Shown: positions 37,622 through 47,596, numbered from the stretch's first letter. The stretch is DNA of 64,000 nt from an uncultured virus (IMG/VR IMGVR_UViG_3300028377_000003) (IMGVR_UViG_3300028377_000003:1-64000), one strand, 5' to 3'. Notes: a model not told the origin generated them from the letters alone. Made by a program: numbers and translations.

Positions 37622-38407
37622 TCAGTCCCGATCAAGCAAGCAAATCTCATCCCCTTTTAATTGATCAACTCGACGGTAGCATTTCAACTCAGGCAACCAC
37701 ACAGGATGATTCCCCGTTAAAACCACAACAGCATCTTCCATCTCCAATTCATACCAATCACCCTCATTAGGATCTTGAGAGTAACCCTCAACAGACTCAA
37801 AAGAGATATCTCCGGTCTTCACATTCATACTTTTAACATGACAAGGGATCTTGTTTTCTACAATCTCTGAGATAGTTAGAGTTCCATGTTCCAACGTCTC
37901 TATTTCGGTGTCCTTGTCCGCACATCCGTGGATCTTCTCCGTGATCACGACTTCTTCACCCTCTTTGAGGACACCGGGATACCGTTTGATATTTTCGATA
38001 TCGTATTTCATGCACCGGCGTCCACCCGCAGCATAGACTTCACCCGACATGGAGGCGGGGATAGGCGGCTCATATTTCGTGATACCCAAATCTTCGGTCA
38101 CGTCGTCGCCCTCTTCCCAACCGTCCTTTGCCGGGTAACAGATACCTTGCGACAGGACGCCTCGGAGTCGGATAGCTTTGACGCGGTTGTGATCTGAACC
38201 GGCAAGGCGGCCCTCAAGTCCTAGCTCCTTCAGTATGTCTTGCGGCACCAAAGATGCTTCCGGGATGTAGGCAGCCAGATCACCCGTTTCGAACTGGTCT
38301 TTCATCACGATGGACTGGTAATCCCCCACCTGCGCTACCTCCAGACGATCCGCATCAGGATGTTGTTGGATGGTTAATCGTTCTACGAGTACTTTGTGCT
38401 CAGACAT
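37622..38407 (-). CDS. RNA ligase (Rnl5/DRB0094 family) N-terminal half fused to a split intein N-fragment (100 aa)
   Basis: HPDADRLEVA, IRLRGVLSQG, TEKIHG|CADKDT (block A), LTGNHPVW (block B). Confidence 0.93.
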   Translation of the reverse strand: MSEHKVLVERLTIQQHPDADRLEVAQVGDYQSIVMKDQFETGDLAAYIPEASLVPQDILKELGLEGRLAGSDHNRVKAIRLRGVLSQGICYPAKDGWEEGDDVTEDLGITKYEPPIPASMSGEVYAAGGRRCMKYDIENIKRYPGVLKEGEEVVITEKIHGCADKDTEIETLEHGTLTISEIVENKIPCHVKSMNVKTGDISFESVEGYSQDPNEGDWYELEMEDAVVVLTGNHPVWLPELKCYRRVDQLKGDEICLLDRD

Positions 38408-38477
38408 ACGGCCTCCATTTTATCAATACGTACCAATCTTAATTGGTACCGTAAGACCTAAGAGGCTGTCAAGGGTG

Positions 38478-38801
38478 CTACTTTTCGATAAGGTAAGCGA
38501 AGCGGTCGGAAGGGGACTGAATCTTTAGGGGCTTGTAAACGACGCTGATACTGCACGTGGAAAGGCTTTCCCACACACGTGAAGCCTCGCGTCCAATGAG
38601 GTCTTCGATGCCCCCAGCGCCCATATACGTAATGTAATCGCACACGTCGTCGCCGGTTGGTTCAGACGGGAACCGCTCTTTGTGGTAGGAACGTAAGCAA
38701 GACAGAGCATCCTTGTAATGGACGTCATATTCGTAGACGCCGCCACTGTCCCGCAGCATCTTGATCACGACCCTGTGGGGTATCTTACTCTTCGTCGACA
38801 T
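38478..38801 (-). CDS. Hypothetical protein
   Basis: 107 aa in the minus-strand run. Confidence 0.6.
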   Translation of the reverse strand: MSTKSKIPHRVVIKMLRDSGGVYEYDVHYKDALSCLRSYHKERFPSEPTGDDVCDYITYMGAGGIEDLIGREASRVWESLSTCSISVVYKPLKIQSPSDRFAYLIEK

Positions 38802-39108
38802 CTGAAAACTCCGATATCTCGACTTCAGATATATCTTCGAACAACGTCTTGATAGGCCCTAGCTGTTTTTCGATACGGTCGAGGCTTGCATCAGCAGCGC
38901 TTTGCAACGCTTCTAAGTCGTTCTGAAACGACCCTTGCAAGAGGTCCAACTGAACGTCCCTCATGGTTGTGTGCAAGCTACGGATGTATTTCAGGAGGGC
39001 GATCAATTCTTTGGTAGATAGCTTCAGCGCCTTTTTGCCCGATTCATGGGCCTTCAGGGCGCGAGCTAATATCTGATCACATTTCTGAAGCGATAATCGG
39101 TCCGACAC
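38785..39108 (-). CDS. Coiled-coil hypothetical protein
   Basis: 107 aa, helical pattern. Confidence 0.6.
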   Translation of the reverse strand: MSDRLSLQKCDQILARALKAHESGKKALKLSTKELIALLKYIRSLHTTMRDVQLDLLQGSFQNDLEALQSAADASLDRIEKQLGPIKTLFEDISEVEISEFSDVDEE

Positions 39109-39150
39109 CGTACAGCCCTCGCTTGGGGTAGGCGTCGATTATGCCTCGGG

Positions 39151-39453
39151 TCACGTATCGTAGTCAACTCCCCTCCGTAACACGACCAGTAACAGCCCAC
39201 TAGCTACGGGCACTGCCTCATCGGATACGGGGTAAGTGTCCCGGATTATTTGCCGGATGCGTTCGATATCAGCACCTTCTACTTTGGTATCCAACCGACC
39301 AAAACCTTCGTTGTACACATCATACAGGTCTTGGTCGTCAGATGCTTCCCAAACCTCGTAAACCATCCCGGAACCCGCTAGGTTCCATCTGGCGGTCACT
39401 AGCAGGTCCGTTTCGGGGTGAGTCCTCTTGAGTGTCTTGCCTTCCGTGGCCAT
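39151..39453 (-). CDS. Hypothetical protein
   Basis: AGGAG RBS. Confidence 0.65.
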   Translation of the reverse strand: MATEGKTLKRTHPETDLLVTARWNLAGSGMVYEVWEASDDQDLYDVYNEGFGRLDTKVEGADIERIRQIIRDTYPVSDEAVPVASGLLLVVLRRGVDYDT

Positions 39454-39463
39454 CGCACTGCTC

Positions 39464-39787
39464 CTAGCTGTACATCATTTCGAAAAAGTTGTCGGGCGAC
39501 ATGCCCTTGGGTCCCACTTGTTCTTCACCGGTCAATACATTGACCAACACGGGGCGCTTTTCTTCTTGTTCTTCGAGAAGCTCTTTGACCCGACGAAAAA
39601 CAGCACCTTCAAGGTGGGGGCGGCTGTATTCCAGAACGCCCGGAATCTTGGCGGCGCAAAAATCGAATTCGTAAATGAGATCCATGTGCCCCTCAACATG
39701 ACTCCGACTCAATTGGCGGGAGGTCACATCTTGGATGTCCACAAACTTGTTTGCAATCTCTTCGATGATTTCTTGTCGCCTTGTCAT
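39464..39787 (-). CDS. Hypothetical protein
   Basis: AGGAG RBS; promoter at 39830-39866. Confidence 0.7.
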   Translation of the reverse strand: MTRRQEIIEEIANKFVDIQDVTSRQLSRSHVEGHMDLIYEFDFCAAKIPGVLEYSRPHLEGAVFRRVKELLEEQEEKRPVLVNVLTGEEQVGPKGMSPDNFFEMMYS

Positions 39788-39829
39788 GGTGTCTCCTGCA
39801 GATCAAAGGAATTAGGACTATCGCCGCCT

Positions 39830-39866
39830 CACTAACTTATACCCTAGCGGGGCGGCGGTGTCAAAA
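39830..39866 (-). promoter_or_regulatory. Conserved promoter copy
   Basis: TTTTGAC-N12-CTAGGGTATAAGTTAGTG. Confidence 0.85.
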
Positions 39867-40184
39867 TTACTTTTGCAATTTGGGGTGGACATTGTAGAAA
39901 CGGCGACTTGGGTCCGGGAATTGGTGGTCTTTCGACACGCTGTGGTCGAAAACGATGCCCGGCTTTTCCCCTTCCGGGACGTCCTTTTCACGGAGGTAGT
40001 TGAAACCCGAATAGACGCCAGCCCCGTGTAAAGCCGATTCCAACAGGGAGTTCCAGCCCTCACGAACTTCGGGAGCGACTTTCGAATTGCGGTTGCGGTA
40101 ATTGACAGTCTCGATAAGACTTGTCAGGTCAATCGTTTTGCGGGCCACCAGTGCCTCCAAGGTCGTAGGGTCTTGTCCTCGTCT

Positions 40185-40222
40185 CACCAACCTATACCCT
40201 AAGATTTAGGAGCCGTCAAAAA
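40185..40222 (-). promoter_or_regulatory. Conserved promoter copy
   Basis: TTTTGAC...TTAGGGTATAGGTTGGTG. Confidence 0.8.
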
Positions 40223-40586
40223 TCTCTTGGAGGTCCGACAGGGTGTATCGCTGGGGGCCGTGGATGGATAGCAAAGCTAAAATCCCAAATTCATCCGCCT
40301 GCATCCACCGCATATTGTAATAGCCGGAGTCCAGCATCTCGTACTTGAACATGTCGGTTTCAGGGTACCAGTAACCCGCTATGATCACCTTTTGGAGGTG
40401 TTCATCTACAGTATCTCGGACGGAGTAGAGGATACAAATAGAGTGTTCATCATCTTTGGCGGGTTCAGCCCTGTAGAAAGCATTCGAACCGGTCCCGAAA
40501 ATTTCGGCGGGGAAGGGTAAAGACATGCCGGTATCCTGCCGGAAAGCCCCCCAAATCAGCCCTACAACTGTTTTGTCGATAATCAT
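40206..40586 (-). CDS. Hypothetical protein
   Basis: MIIDKTVVG... open to 40206. Confidence 0.55.
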   Translation of the reverse strand: MIIDKTVVGLIWGAFRQDTGMSLPFPAEIFGTGSNAFYRAEPAKDDEHSICILYSVRDTVDEHLQKVIIAGYWYPETDMFKYEMLDSGYYNMRWMQADEFGILALLSIHGPQRYTLSDLQEIFDGS

Positions 40587-40730
40587 GGTGGAAAGCCGGG
40601 GTGGGTCAGCAACACTCTTATGGGTACCGGAAAGGTGTTTTAGGTGCAACGGGAATTTGGTACGGCTACCGTTTGTATGTACTGATACGAAATGCAACCT
40701 ACCTCACACGTACCAAACCCTGTTTTATGT

Positions 40731-40759
40731 TTGACGGGGGAGGTGTCCTGTGGTAAAGG
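40731..40759 (+). promoter_or_regulatory. Promoter for tmRNA
   Basis: TTGAC-N18-TAAAGG, 14 nt before the tmRNA 5' end. Confidence 0.7.
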
Positions 40760-40773
40760 TGGTTGTACCATTT

Positions 40774-41180
40774 GGGGACGCACTGGTTTCGACCGGAGCT
40801 GACGAAAATGGACGTCGCGTTCTGGCGGGTGTATGTGACCGCCACAAACAAAGACATACTCGTTCAACTGACGAAACTCAGTACGCAGCGGCAGCATAGC
40901 CGTTCGTCCCACCTCGGACTCCGATAAAAGGACCGGGACGTAAATGGTCGGAGATCCCGCTTTACCCTTCGGTGACTAGGGTACCTCATAGAAGCCAGTC
41001 TATAGGTGGAGGTTGTAATCACTAACCCCTTGAGGGTAGTAGACTAGAGGCAAGCAAAGACGACCGCTCGACTTGCCATCAAATCCCTTCGCAGGGTAAT
41101 AGAGCAAATGGTCGCTATGTACGTAAGACGACGTTTGTGAGTAGAGTTCCGACACGAGGGTTCGACTCCCTCCGTCTCCA
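40774..41180 (+). ncRNA. ssrA: tmRNA; tag (A)DETQYAAAA*
   Basis: 5' GGGGACG...GGTTTCGAC; acceptor stem GGGGACG/CGTCTCC with G3-U; T-arm GAGGG-TTCGACT-CCCTC; tag frame 40870-40899 after AACT; CCA not encoded. Confidence 0.93.
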
Positions 41181-41181
41181 T

Positions 41182-41230
41182 AATCCCCTTGTAGAGCTTC
41201 TCTTGTAGAGGTTCTACAAGGGGATTTTTT
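41182..41230 (+). terminator. Intrinsic terminator after tmRNA
   Basis: AATCCCCTTGTAGAGC/GTTCTACAAGGGGATT stem followed by a T run. Confidence 0.85.
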
Positions 41231-41783
41231 GTGTCCGAAGTATCTGTAAAATGTGATCATTGTGGCGAGGAGTTCCTCCGGCGCTTGGGGGAGCATAACC
41301 GCGCAGTGAAACGGGGATACCAACAGTTCTGTTCTAAGCCCCGCTCCAATAAAGGGAAAGATCCCGTAACCAACCTAAAAGGCAAGCCGGAGAACCTGAA
41401 AGTAGGCTCCCAGCGGGACGAGTATTCTCCTTTTAGGTACTTCACTGCAGCTATACGCAGACGCCATAAGTCCAAGGGCCATAAAGTGTCCTCGCAAGAT
41501 AAAGCTGTAGACCTTCCCTACCTCAAAGCCTTATGGGAAGACCAAGAGGGGAAGTGTGCGATTTCTGGCGTTGAACTTTACCTCCCTGCATCAACAACAG
41601 AATGGGAGGGTAGGGAGATCACCCCTCGCACAGCCAGCCTTGACCGAATCGACTCAAATAAGCCAGCCCTACGTACAGTCAAATGTAAGGTACGTGAGCT
41701 ATATAGCTAACATATGCCGCAATAAGTTCACAGACACAGATGTAATAGCCTTCTGTAAGGCCGTTGCTACGTATCAGACTTGA
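41231..41783 (+). pseudogene. HNH-like endonuclease, frameshifted by an AGCC duplication
   Basis: CAISG...ASLDRIDSNK; removing one AGCC (41661-41668) restores PYVQSNVRYVSYIANICRN... Confidence 0.78.
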
Positions 41784-41894
41784 CAGGACACACAAAGTCA
41801 GTAAAATAGCCACTGGTCTGGGGGTGTGTCCTTCAGCTTAGCCTGAGGACCACCCCTAGACTCATTTTAATTTACTACGAGCTACACTACGATC

Positions 41895-42257
41895 ATGAAC
41901 CTGTTTATCCCCACCATTGGAACCAAGCTCCGTCTTACCCAAGACTGGAGTCTTCGCGTACAAAACGAGCGCCGGAATAAAAACCTGATCGAAGGGGCAA
42001 TGGACGTCCCTTACGACAAAAGGTACGGTAAAGGCATCAAATATGACCTCACCCTGCCTGAAGGGACGGTGTTGACCGTCGACCGGATCTACATCCGCCA
42101 AAAAGCCGGGGACTACGATTCTGTCACCTTCTTGATTGACTCATGCCCGGATGAAAATTACGAATCAAACCGCCACCTCTTCGGTAAAAGAGGCTATCGG
42201 TTCTGGGCCGAACTCGAAGACGTCAACACAATCGAATGCGATGTGGTGGATGAGTGA
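41895..42257 (+). CDS. Hypothetical phage protein
   Basis: LFIPTIG...VDRIYIRQ...RFWA. Confidence 0.8.
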   Translation: MNLFIPTIGTKLRLTQDWSLRVQNERRNKNLIEGAMDVPYDKRYGKGIKYDLTLPEGTVLTVDRIYIRQKAGDYDSVTFLIDSCPDENYESNRHLFGKRGYRFWAELEDVNTIECDVVDE

Positions 42258-42788
42258 TGAATCCCAAAATCATCAAAGAAGCAGCCCGTCAGAAACGACT
42301 AAAAGAGGAAACCCGTTTCCAACGGTGGCGTCGGGTCAGTAAGGAGTACGCTATCAAAGCCTTGCGCAAAGTTGTTACGGTTTTTTGATGATCTGCGGTA
42401 TCATCTTGGGGGCATTCCTCAACGCATTTGACTGGACCAAAGATCAAGTCAAAGAACTCTGGGAAACCGGTACGGGTCGGGTAGTGCTCATTTCTGTGGG
42501 GTGCTGCATCATCATGTGGTCCACTTTATTTGGTCTTCAAGAGGCTGGGGTCGTTTCGTCTGAACCAGAAAGCGCTCTTGTAATTTCAGGGGACCGGTGC
42601 TGGCTCCTGTATGGTCAAGAGACGGTTATTAGTAGCTCGAACCGCCTCATGTTCGATGTGGAAGACACCGAACTGTGGGTTGATAATTGGGATGTGATCG
42701 AATTTAAGGGGTCCGATTGGGAAAAAGCAAAAAACACGATTGGCCGCGCAAACCTCGACCTCGATAGTTGCATAAAAGACGGAAAGGT

Positions 42789-42820
42789 TTTTGACGAATA
42801 CGAGCATTAAGGGTATAAGG
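42789..42820 (+). promoter_or_regulatory. Phage promoter copy upstream of the NAD operon
   Basis: TTTTGAC-N18-TATAAG with TAAGGG, 36 nt before the pncB ATG. Confidence 0.8.
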
Positions 42821-42855
42821 GACCAGTACGAAAGCTAACCCATACGAAGGACGTC

Positions 42856-44340
42856 ATGTATCTGAGTAAGCTCTACGGTCATTCGCTTACGCTCCTAACC
42901 GACCTTTACCAACTCACGATGGCCTATGGCTATTGGAAACAAGGGCGGCAACACGACGAAGCGGTCTTCCATCAGTTTTTCCGACAGAACCCTTTCGGGG
43001 GAGGTTACGCAATCGCTGCCGGGCTAGGCACGCTCGTCGAATACATGCGTGATTTCCATTTCGATTCCGAAGACCTCGAATACCTGTCGAGCCTTCAAGG
43101 GAACGACGGCAAGCCCCTGTTCGAACAGGGATTCCTCGATTACCTCAAACACCTCACTTTCACCTGTGACGTTGACGCCGTACCAGAAGGTTCGGTCGTT
43201 TTCCCACACGAACCTCTGGTCCGCATTCGTGGCCCGCTCATTCAGTGTCAGTTGTTGGAATCGGCCCTCCTGAACATTATCAATTTCCAAACGCTTATCG
43301 CCACCAAATCAGCCCGCATCTGTGAGGCCGCCAAAGGTGAGCCGGTGCTGGAGTTTGGGTTGCGTAGGGCGCAGGGGATTGACGGATCCATCATGGCGTC
43401 GAGGGCAGCTTATATCGGAGGCTGCTCTGCTACGTCCAACGTACTCGCTGGAAAGCTACTGGATATTCCGGTCAAAGGGACACACGCTCATTCGTGGATT
43501 ATGTCCTACGACTCGGAAATGGAAGCCTTCGAAGAGTACGCTGAGGCCATGCCCAACAATTGCGTGTTCCTTGTGGACACTTACGACACGATCGAAGGTG
43601 TCAAAAACGCTGTGAAAGTGGGCAAGAAGCTCCGTGAACGCGGCCATGAAATGGTCGGTATCCGGTTGGATTCCGGGGACTTGGCCTACCTCAGTATCGC
43701 GGCTCGTCGCATCTTGAATAATGCCGGGTTCGAAAACGCTAAAATCGTGGCGTCGAATGGATTGGATGAGCACACTATCAAGTCGCTCAAGTCACAGGGC
43801 GCTTTGATTCGCCTCTGGGGTGTAGGCACCAACCTCGTCACAGCGAAGGGACAACCGGCGTTGGGTGGTGTGTATAAGCTATCCGCTATCAAGCGGGAAG
43901 GGGGCGAATGGGAACCCCGCATCAAGCTGAGTGAACAACGTATCAAAATCAGCAATCCCGGTTACTTGCAAGTGCGTCGGTTTTTCGACGGCAATGAGTA
44001 CCGGGGCGACATGATTTACAACGAGCACCAAGGCGATCCCGGTACGACTATCGTCGATCCGATGGATAACACTCGCCGCACGAAATTGGATTTCGACCAA
44101 TCCATAGACATGCTACAGTCGGTCTTTAGAGGCGGCTTGGGCGATTCTGTGGTTGAAACGTACCAAGAAGAACCGTTGGATGCTATCAAGCAACGTGCCC
44201 AGCGTGAAAAGGCGCGTTTCCACGGTGGTGTCCGCCGTTTCACCAACCCGCACCAATACCCGGTCGGTCTGTCTAAGCCGCTCGACGAATTGCGTACCCA
44301 ACTTATTCTTGAAGCCCGTGGTCACGGAGACGACGAATGA
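42856..44340 (+). CDS. pncB: Nicotinate phosphoribosyltransferase
   Basis: [53 protein letters not shown]. Confidence 0.95.
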   Translation: MYLSKLYGHSLTLLTDLYQLTMAYGYWKQGRQHDEAVFHQFFRQNPFGGGYAIAAGLGTLVEYMRDFHFDSEDLEYLSSLQGNDGKPLFEQGFLDYLKHLTFTCDVDAVPEGSVVFPHEPLVRIRGPLIQCQLLESALLNIINFQTLIATKSARICEAAKGEPVLEFGLRRAQGIDGSIMASRAAYIGGCSATSNVLAGKLLDIPVKGTHAHSWIMSYDSEMEAFEEYAEAMPNNCVFLVDTYDTIEGVKNAVKVGKKLRERGHEMVGIRLDSGDLAYLSIAARRILNNAGFENAKIVASNGLDEHTIKSLKSQGALIRLWGVGTNLVTAKGQPALGGVYKLSAIKREGGEWEPRIKLSEQRIKISNPGYLQVRRFFDGNEYRGDMIYNEHQGDPGTTIVDPMDNTRRTKLDFDQSIDMLQSVFRGGLGDSVVETYQEEPLDAIKQRAQREKARFHGGVRRFTNPHQYPVGLSKPLDELRTQLILEARGHGDDE

Positions 44341-46283
44341 AGTACGTCCGTATAGGAGCCGCTTCCCTCAACCAGACACCTCTGGATTGGGAAGGAAATA
44401 TCGACCGAATCATCAAAGCCACGGAAGAAGCCTCCGCCAAAGGCGTCCAGATGCTGTGCCTCCCTGAGCTTTGCATCACGGGCTATGGTTGTGAGGATAT
44501 GTTCTTATCCCCCCACGTCCATCAACGAGCACTTAAAGCCTTGGATAAACTCAAGGATCTCGGGGACTTCGGGATGCTTACGGTGGTGGGTCTTCCGGTC
44601 GTCTACGGCAACGGGATCTACAACTGCATGGCCGTGATACAAAATGGCCGCATCGAAGGTCTTGTCCCCAAGCAAAATCTCGCCAAGGATGGTGTGCATT
44701 ATGAGCATCGCTGGTTCAAGCCGTGGCCTCCGGGGCAAATAGGTTCTGTTTACATCCCCCAAATAGGGAAAGTTCCTATCGGGGATTTCGTATTCGAAAC
44801 GCGGAACGGGATTCGGCTTGGCTTTGAAATTTGTGAAGACGCATGGGTCGCTGACCGGCCCGGATCCCACCTTGCTCAAAGAGGTGTGGATGTGATTTTC
44901 AGCCCGTCTGCTTCCCACTTTGCTTTCGGCAAACAAAAAGTGCGGAGGCAATTCGTGGTTGAAGGTTCGAGGGCCTTTAGTTCGGCCTACGTCTATGCCA
45001 ACCTCCTTGGCAACGAATCCGGGAGGCTAGTATTCGACGGTTCCACTTTCATCGCATCGGGTGGTGAGGTGCTTGTGGAAGGTGAGCGGTTCTCGTTTCG
45101 GGACCACACTACCGTATGCGCAGATGTGGATCTTGACACACTCCACATGCAACGTTTCAGCCGGGAAGGTTTTAGGCCCGAGGATGAAGACGAACGCAAC
45201 GTTTTGTCGATCGGAGGTACGACCACCGAAAAACTCCGACAAAAGGCGCAGCCTGCTGTCCCCCAGAACCTGTCCAAGTTCGAAGAATTCAGCCGCGCCG
45301 TGACCTTGGGTATGTTCGATTATTACCGCAAGTCCGGCGTCCGGGGCTACGTCGTATCCCTGTCCGGTGGTGCTGATTCTTCGGCGGCTGCCGTACTGGT
45401 ATACCTCATGAGTAAGTACGCAAAAGAGGCATACACCAAAGAGGAACTTGCCGCCAAGCTGGCGCATAACGGCTATACAGGCATGTGGCCCGAGCGTCTT
45501 TTGACATGCGTCTATCAAGCAACACACAACTCCTCGGAAACAACCCGTGAAGCCGCTGAGATGGTCGCTAAGGCTATCAACGCCAAGTACGTAGAGCTTG
45601 ATGTAGACCCTATTGCTATGGCTTACGAGGAGCTAATAGGGGACGCCTTGGGTATCGAATGGGAATGGGAAAAGCACGATGTGGTTCTCCAGAACATTCA
45701 AGCGCGCACCCGGAGTCCCTCAGCGTGGATGATAGCCAATGCCGAAGGCAAGATTCTGTTGGCGACCTCCAATCGTTCGGAAGCGGCGGTCGGATATGCT
45801 ACGATGGACGGAGATACTTCGGGCGGCCTGTCACCTCTCGGAGGCATTGACAAAGCCTTCTTGCTTGAATGGCTGCAGGAAATGGAAAAAGAAATCCCGG
45901 AACTTAGGTACGTCAACAACCAAAAACCTACGGCGGAACTCAAGCCGGAAGAGTACGACCAGACTGACGAAAGCGACCTCATGCCTTACGAGGTGCTGGA
46001 CCTTATCGAAAAGCGAGCTATCCGGGACAAGCTAAGTCCGGTGGAAATTTTCGAATGGTTCCAGTACAACACGGAACACGAAGCGGTGAAGCTCGTGGAA
46101 TGGATCGAAAGATTCTTTCGACTGTGGTGCCGCAACCAATGGAAACGCGAACGCTACGCACCGTCGTTCCATTTGGACGACGAAAACTTGGACCCCAAGA
46201 CGTGGTGCCGTTTCCCTATTTTGTCAAGTGGTTTCGAAGAAGAACTAGAAGCCCTTCGATCGAAAATCAAAACCTCTGATTAG
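44337..46283 (+). CDS. nadE: Glutamine-dependent NAD+ synthetase
   Basis: Nitrilase-like domain ([18 protein letters not shown]) plus [27 protein letters not shown]. Confidence 0.95.
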   Translation: MKYVRIGAASLNQTPLDWEGNIDRIIKATEEASAKGVQMLCLPELCITGYGCEDMFLSPHVHQRALKALDKLKDLGDFGMLTVVGLPVVYGNGIYNCMAVIQNGRIEGLVPKQNLAKDGVHYEHRWFKPWPPGQIGSVYIPQIGKVPIGDFVFETRNGIRLGFEICEDAWVADRPGSHLAQRGVDVIFSPSASHFAFGKQKVRRQFVVEGSRAFSSAYVYANLLGNESGRLVFDGSTFIASGGEVLVEGERFSFRDHTTVCADVDLDTLHMQRFSREGFRPEDEDERNVLSIGGTTTEKLRQKAQPAVPQNLSKFEEFSRAVTLGMFDYYRKSGVRGYVVSLSGGADSSAAAVLVYLMSKYAKEAYTKEELAAKLAHNGYTGMWPERLLTCVYQATHNSSETTREAAEMVAKAINAKYVELDVDPIAMAYEELIGDALGIEWEWEKHDVVLQNIQARTRSPSAWMIANAEGKILLATSNRSEAAVGYATMDGDTSGGLSPLGGIDKAFLLEWLQEMEKEIPELRYVNNQKPTAELKPEEYDQTDESDLMPYEVLDLIEKRAIRDKLSPVEIFEWFQYNTEHEAVKLVEWIERFFRLWCRNQWKRERYAPSFHLDDENLDPKTWCRFPILSSGFEEELEALRSKIKTSD

Positions 46284-46292
46284 GAACGCCCC

Positions 46293-46916
46293 ATGAATGC
46301 ACTCATCGTAGTCGACATGCAAAACGATTTTATGGATGACGGTGCCTTAGCGGTTCCGGGATCTCGTGACTTGGTAGAAACCATCAACGAATTGATGGAA
46401 AGCCCCGTTTTCGATCTCGTCGTTGCCACCCAAGATTGGCACCCCGCTGACCACGGCTCCTTCGCTTCGAACCACGAGGGTAAGGAACCGGGGCAAGTTA
46501 TCGAACTCGACGGTCTGGAACAGATTCTCTGGCCCACCCACTGTGTTCAGGGTTCGGAGGGTGCGGAATTCGTCGATGGTTTGAATACCGACCGGTTCGA
46601 TACCGTGTTCGAAAAGGGTATGAATCCGCTGGTCGACTCGTACAGCGGTTTCTACGACAACGGGCACCGTGAAGACACCGGCCTTGCGGACTACCTCCGT
46701 GAGCAAGATATCAAATCGGTCTACGTCTGTGGCGTAGCAACCGACTACTGCGTCAAGTTCACGGTATTGGACGCTTGCAAAGAGGGCTTCAACACGAAGC
46801 TCATTTGGGATGCCACCGAAGGCGTCGAGTTAAACGAAGGCGACGTCGGTGTTGCCTTGTCACAGATGCTGGACGCCGGGTCCGGGATCGTCAAGAAAAA
46901 GCTGGTATTCAAATAA
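46293..46916 (+). CDS. pncA: Nicotinamidase
   Basis: VVDMQNDF, QDWHP.DH.SF, WPTHCVQG, DSYSGF, GVATDYCV. Confidence 0.95.
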   Translation: MNALIVVDMQNDFMDDGALAVPGSRDLVETINELMESPVFDLVVATQDWHPADHGSFASNHEGKEPGQVIELDGLEQILWPTHCVQGSEGAEFVDGLNTDRFDTVFEKGMNPLVDSYSGFYDNGHREDTGLADYLREQDIKSVYVCGVATDYCVKFTVLDACKEGFNTKLIWDATEGVELNEGDVGVALSQMLDAGSGIVKKKLVFK

Positions 46917-47596
46917 TGGAACACGTCAACGACGAAAACCACATTTTGAAATGGGTGGATATCGATCCCGATGAACGGGTTGGAATCGTCGGAACAGCGA
47001 GACGAAAGGGTCATCGGGTTGGGATTTACGGTGGCAGTTTCAACCCCCCGCACATGGGGCACGTCTATATGCTGTTGAGCGTGCTTCAGACGCAAGATTT
47101 GGACCAGCTATGGATTTTGCCGTGTGCTGACCACCCGTTCAAAGACCACCTTGCTCCGTTCGAGCAGCGGGTCGAGATGTGTCGTCTGGCGTTCGAACAT
47201 TTGAATGGCGTTCATGTCCTCACCGTCGAAGAGAAACTCCCACAACCCAACTACACGGTTCAGACGCTCACCGCGCTCAAAGAGGCGTGTCCCGAGGTGG
47301 ACTTTTCTTACATCATCGGTGGGGATCTGGTAGAGGAAATCCCCGAATGGAACAATGCGGAGGGTCTGTGTGACTTGGCTCAAATCATCGTGGTTCCACG
47401 ACAAGGGCATCCGGTGGTTGATGCACCCGACATTCTCGGGGACTATACCGAAGTGGATCTCGGCTTTCAGTTGCCTGCTATTTCGTCGTCAAGGATCATC
47501 AAAATGATGCGGCGAAAGGCTTCAGTGGCGGGGTTCCTCGACAAGATGGTGCTGGGATACATCAATTATTACGGTGTGTACGATGATTCGAAATAG
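46916..47596 (+). CDS. nadD: Nicotinate-nucleotide adenylyltransferase
   Basis: GGSFNPPHMGH (HxGH), YTVQTL, IIGGD, ISSS; TAATG overlap with pncA. Confidence 0.93.
   Translation: MEHVNDENHILKWVDIDPDERVGIVGTARRKGHRVGIYGGSFNPPHMGHVYMLLSVLQTQDLDQLWILPCADHPFKDHLAPFEQRVEMCRLAFEHLNGVHVLTVEEKLPQPNYTVQTLTALKEACPEVDFSYIIGGDLVEEIPEWNNAEGLCDLAQIIVVPRQGHPVVDAPDILGDYTEVDLGFQLPAISSSRIIKMMRRKASVAGFLDKMVLGYINYYGVYDDSK

Noticed and set aside
36542..37924. Group I intron in the RNA ligase
   Set aside because: The boundaries are intein motifs (Cys1, TxNH, HN|S) in frame with the exteins, and no intron core was seen.
41150..41180. Stand-alone tRNA (GGTTCGACTCC T-arm)
   Set aside because: The acceptor 3' strand pairs with 40774-40780 and a tag frame lies between, so it is the tmRNA 3' end. 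No other tRNA was recognised.
46775..46915. Long N-terminal extension of NadD in the ORF track
   Set aside because: It overlaps pncA; the TAATG coupling at 46914-46918 gives a better start.
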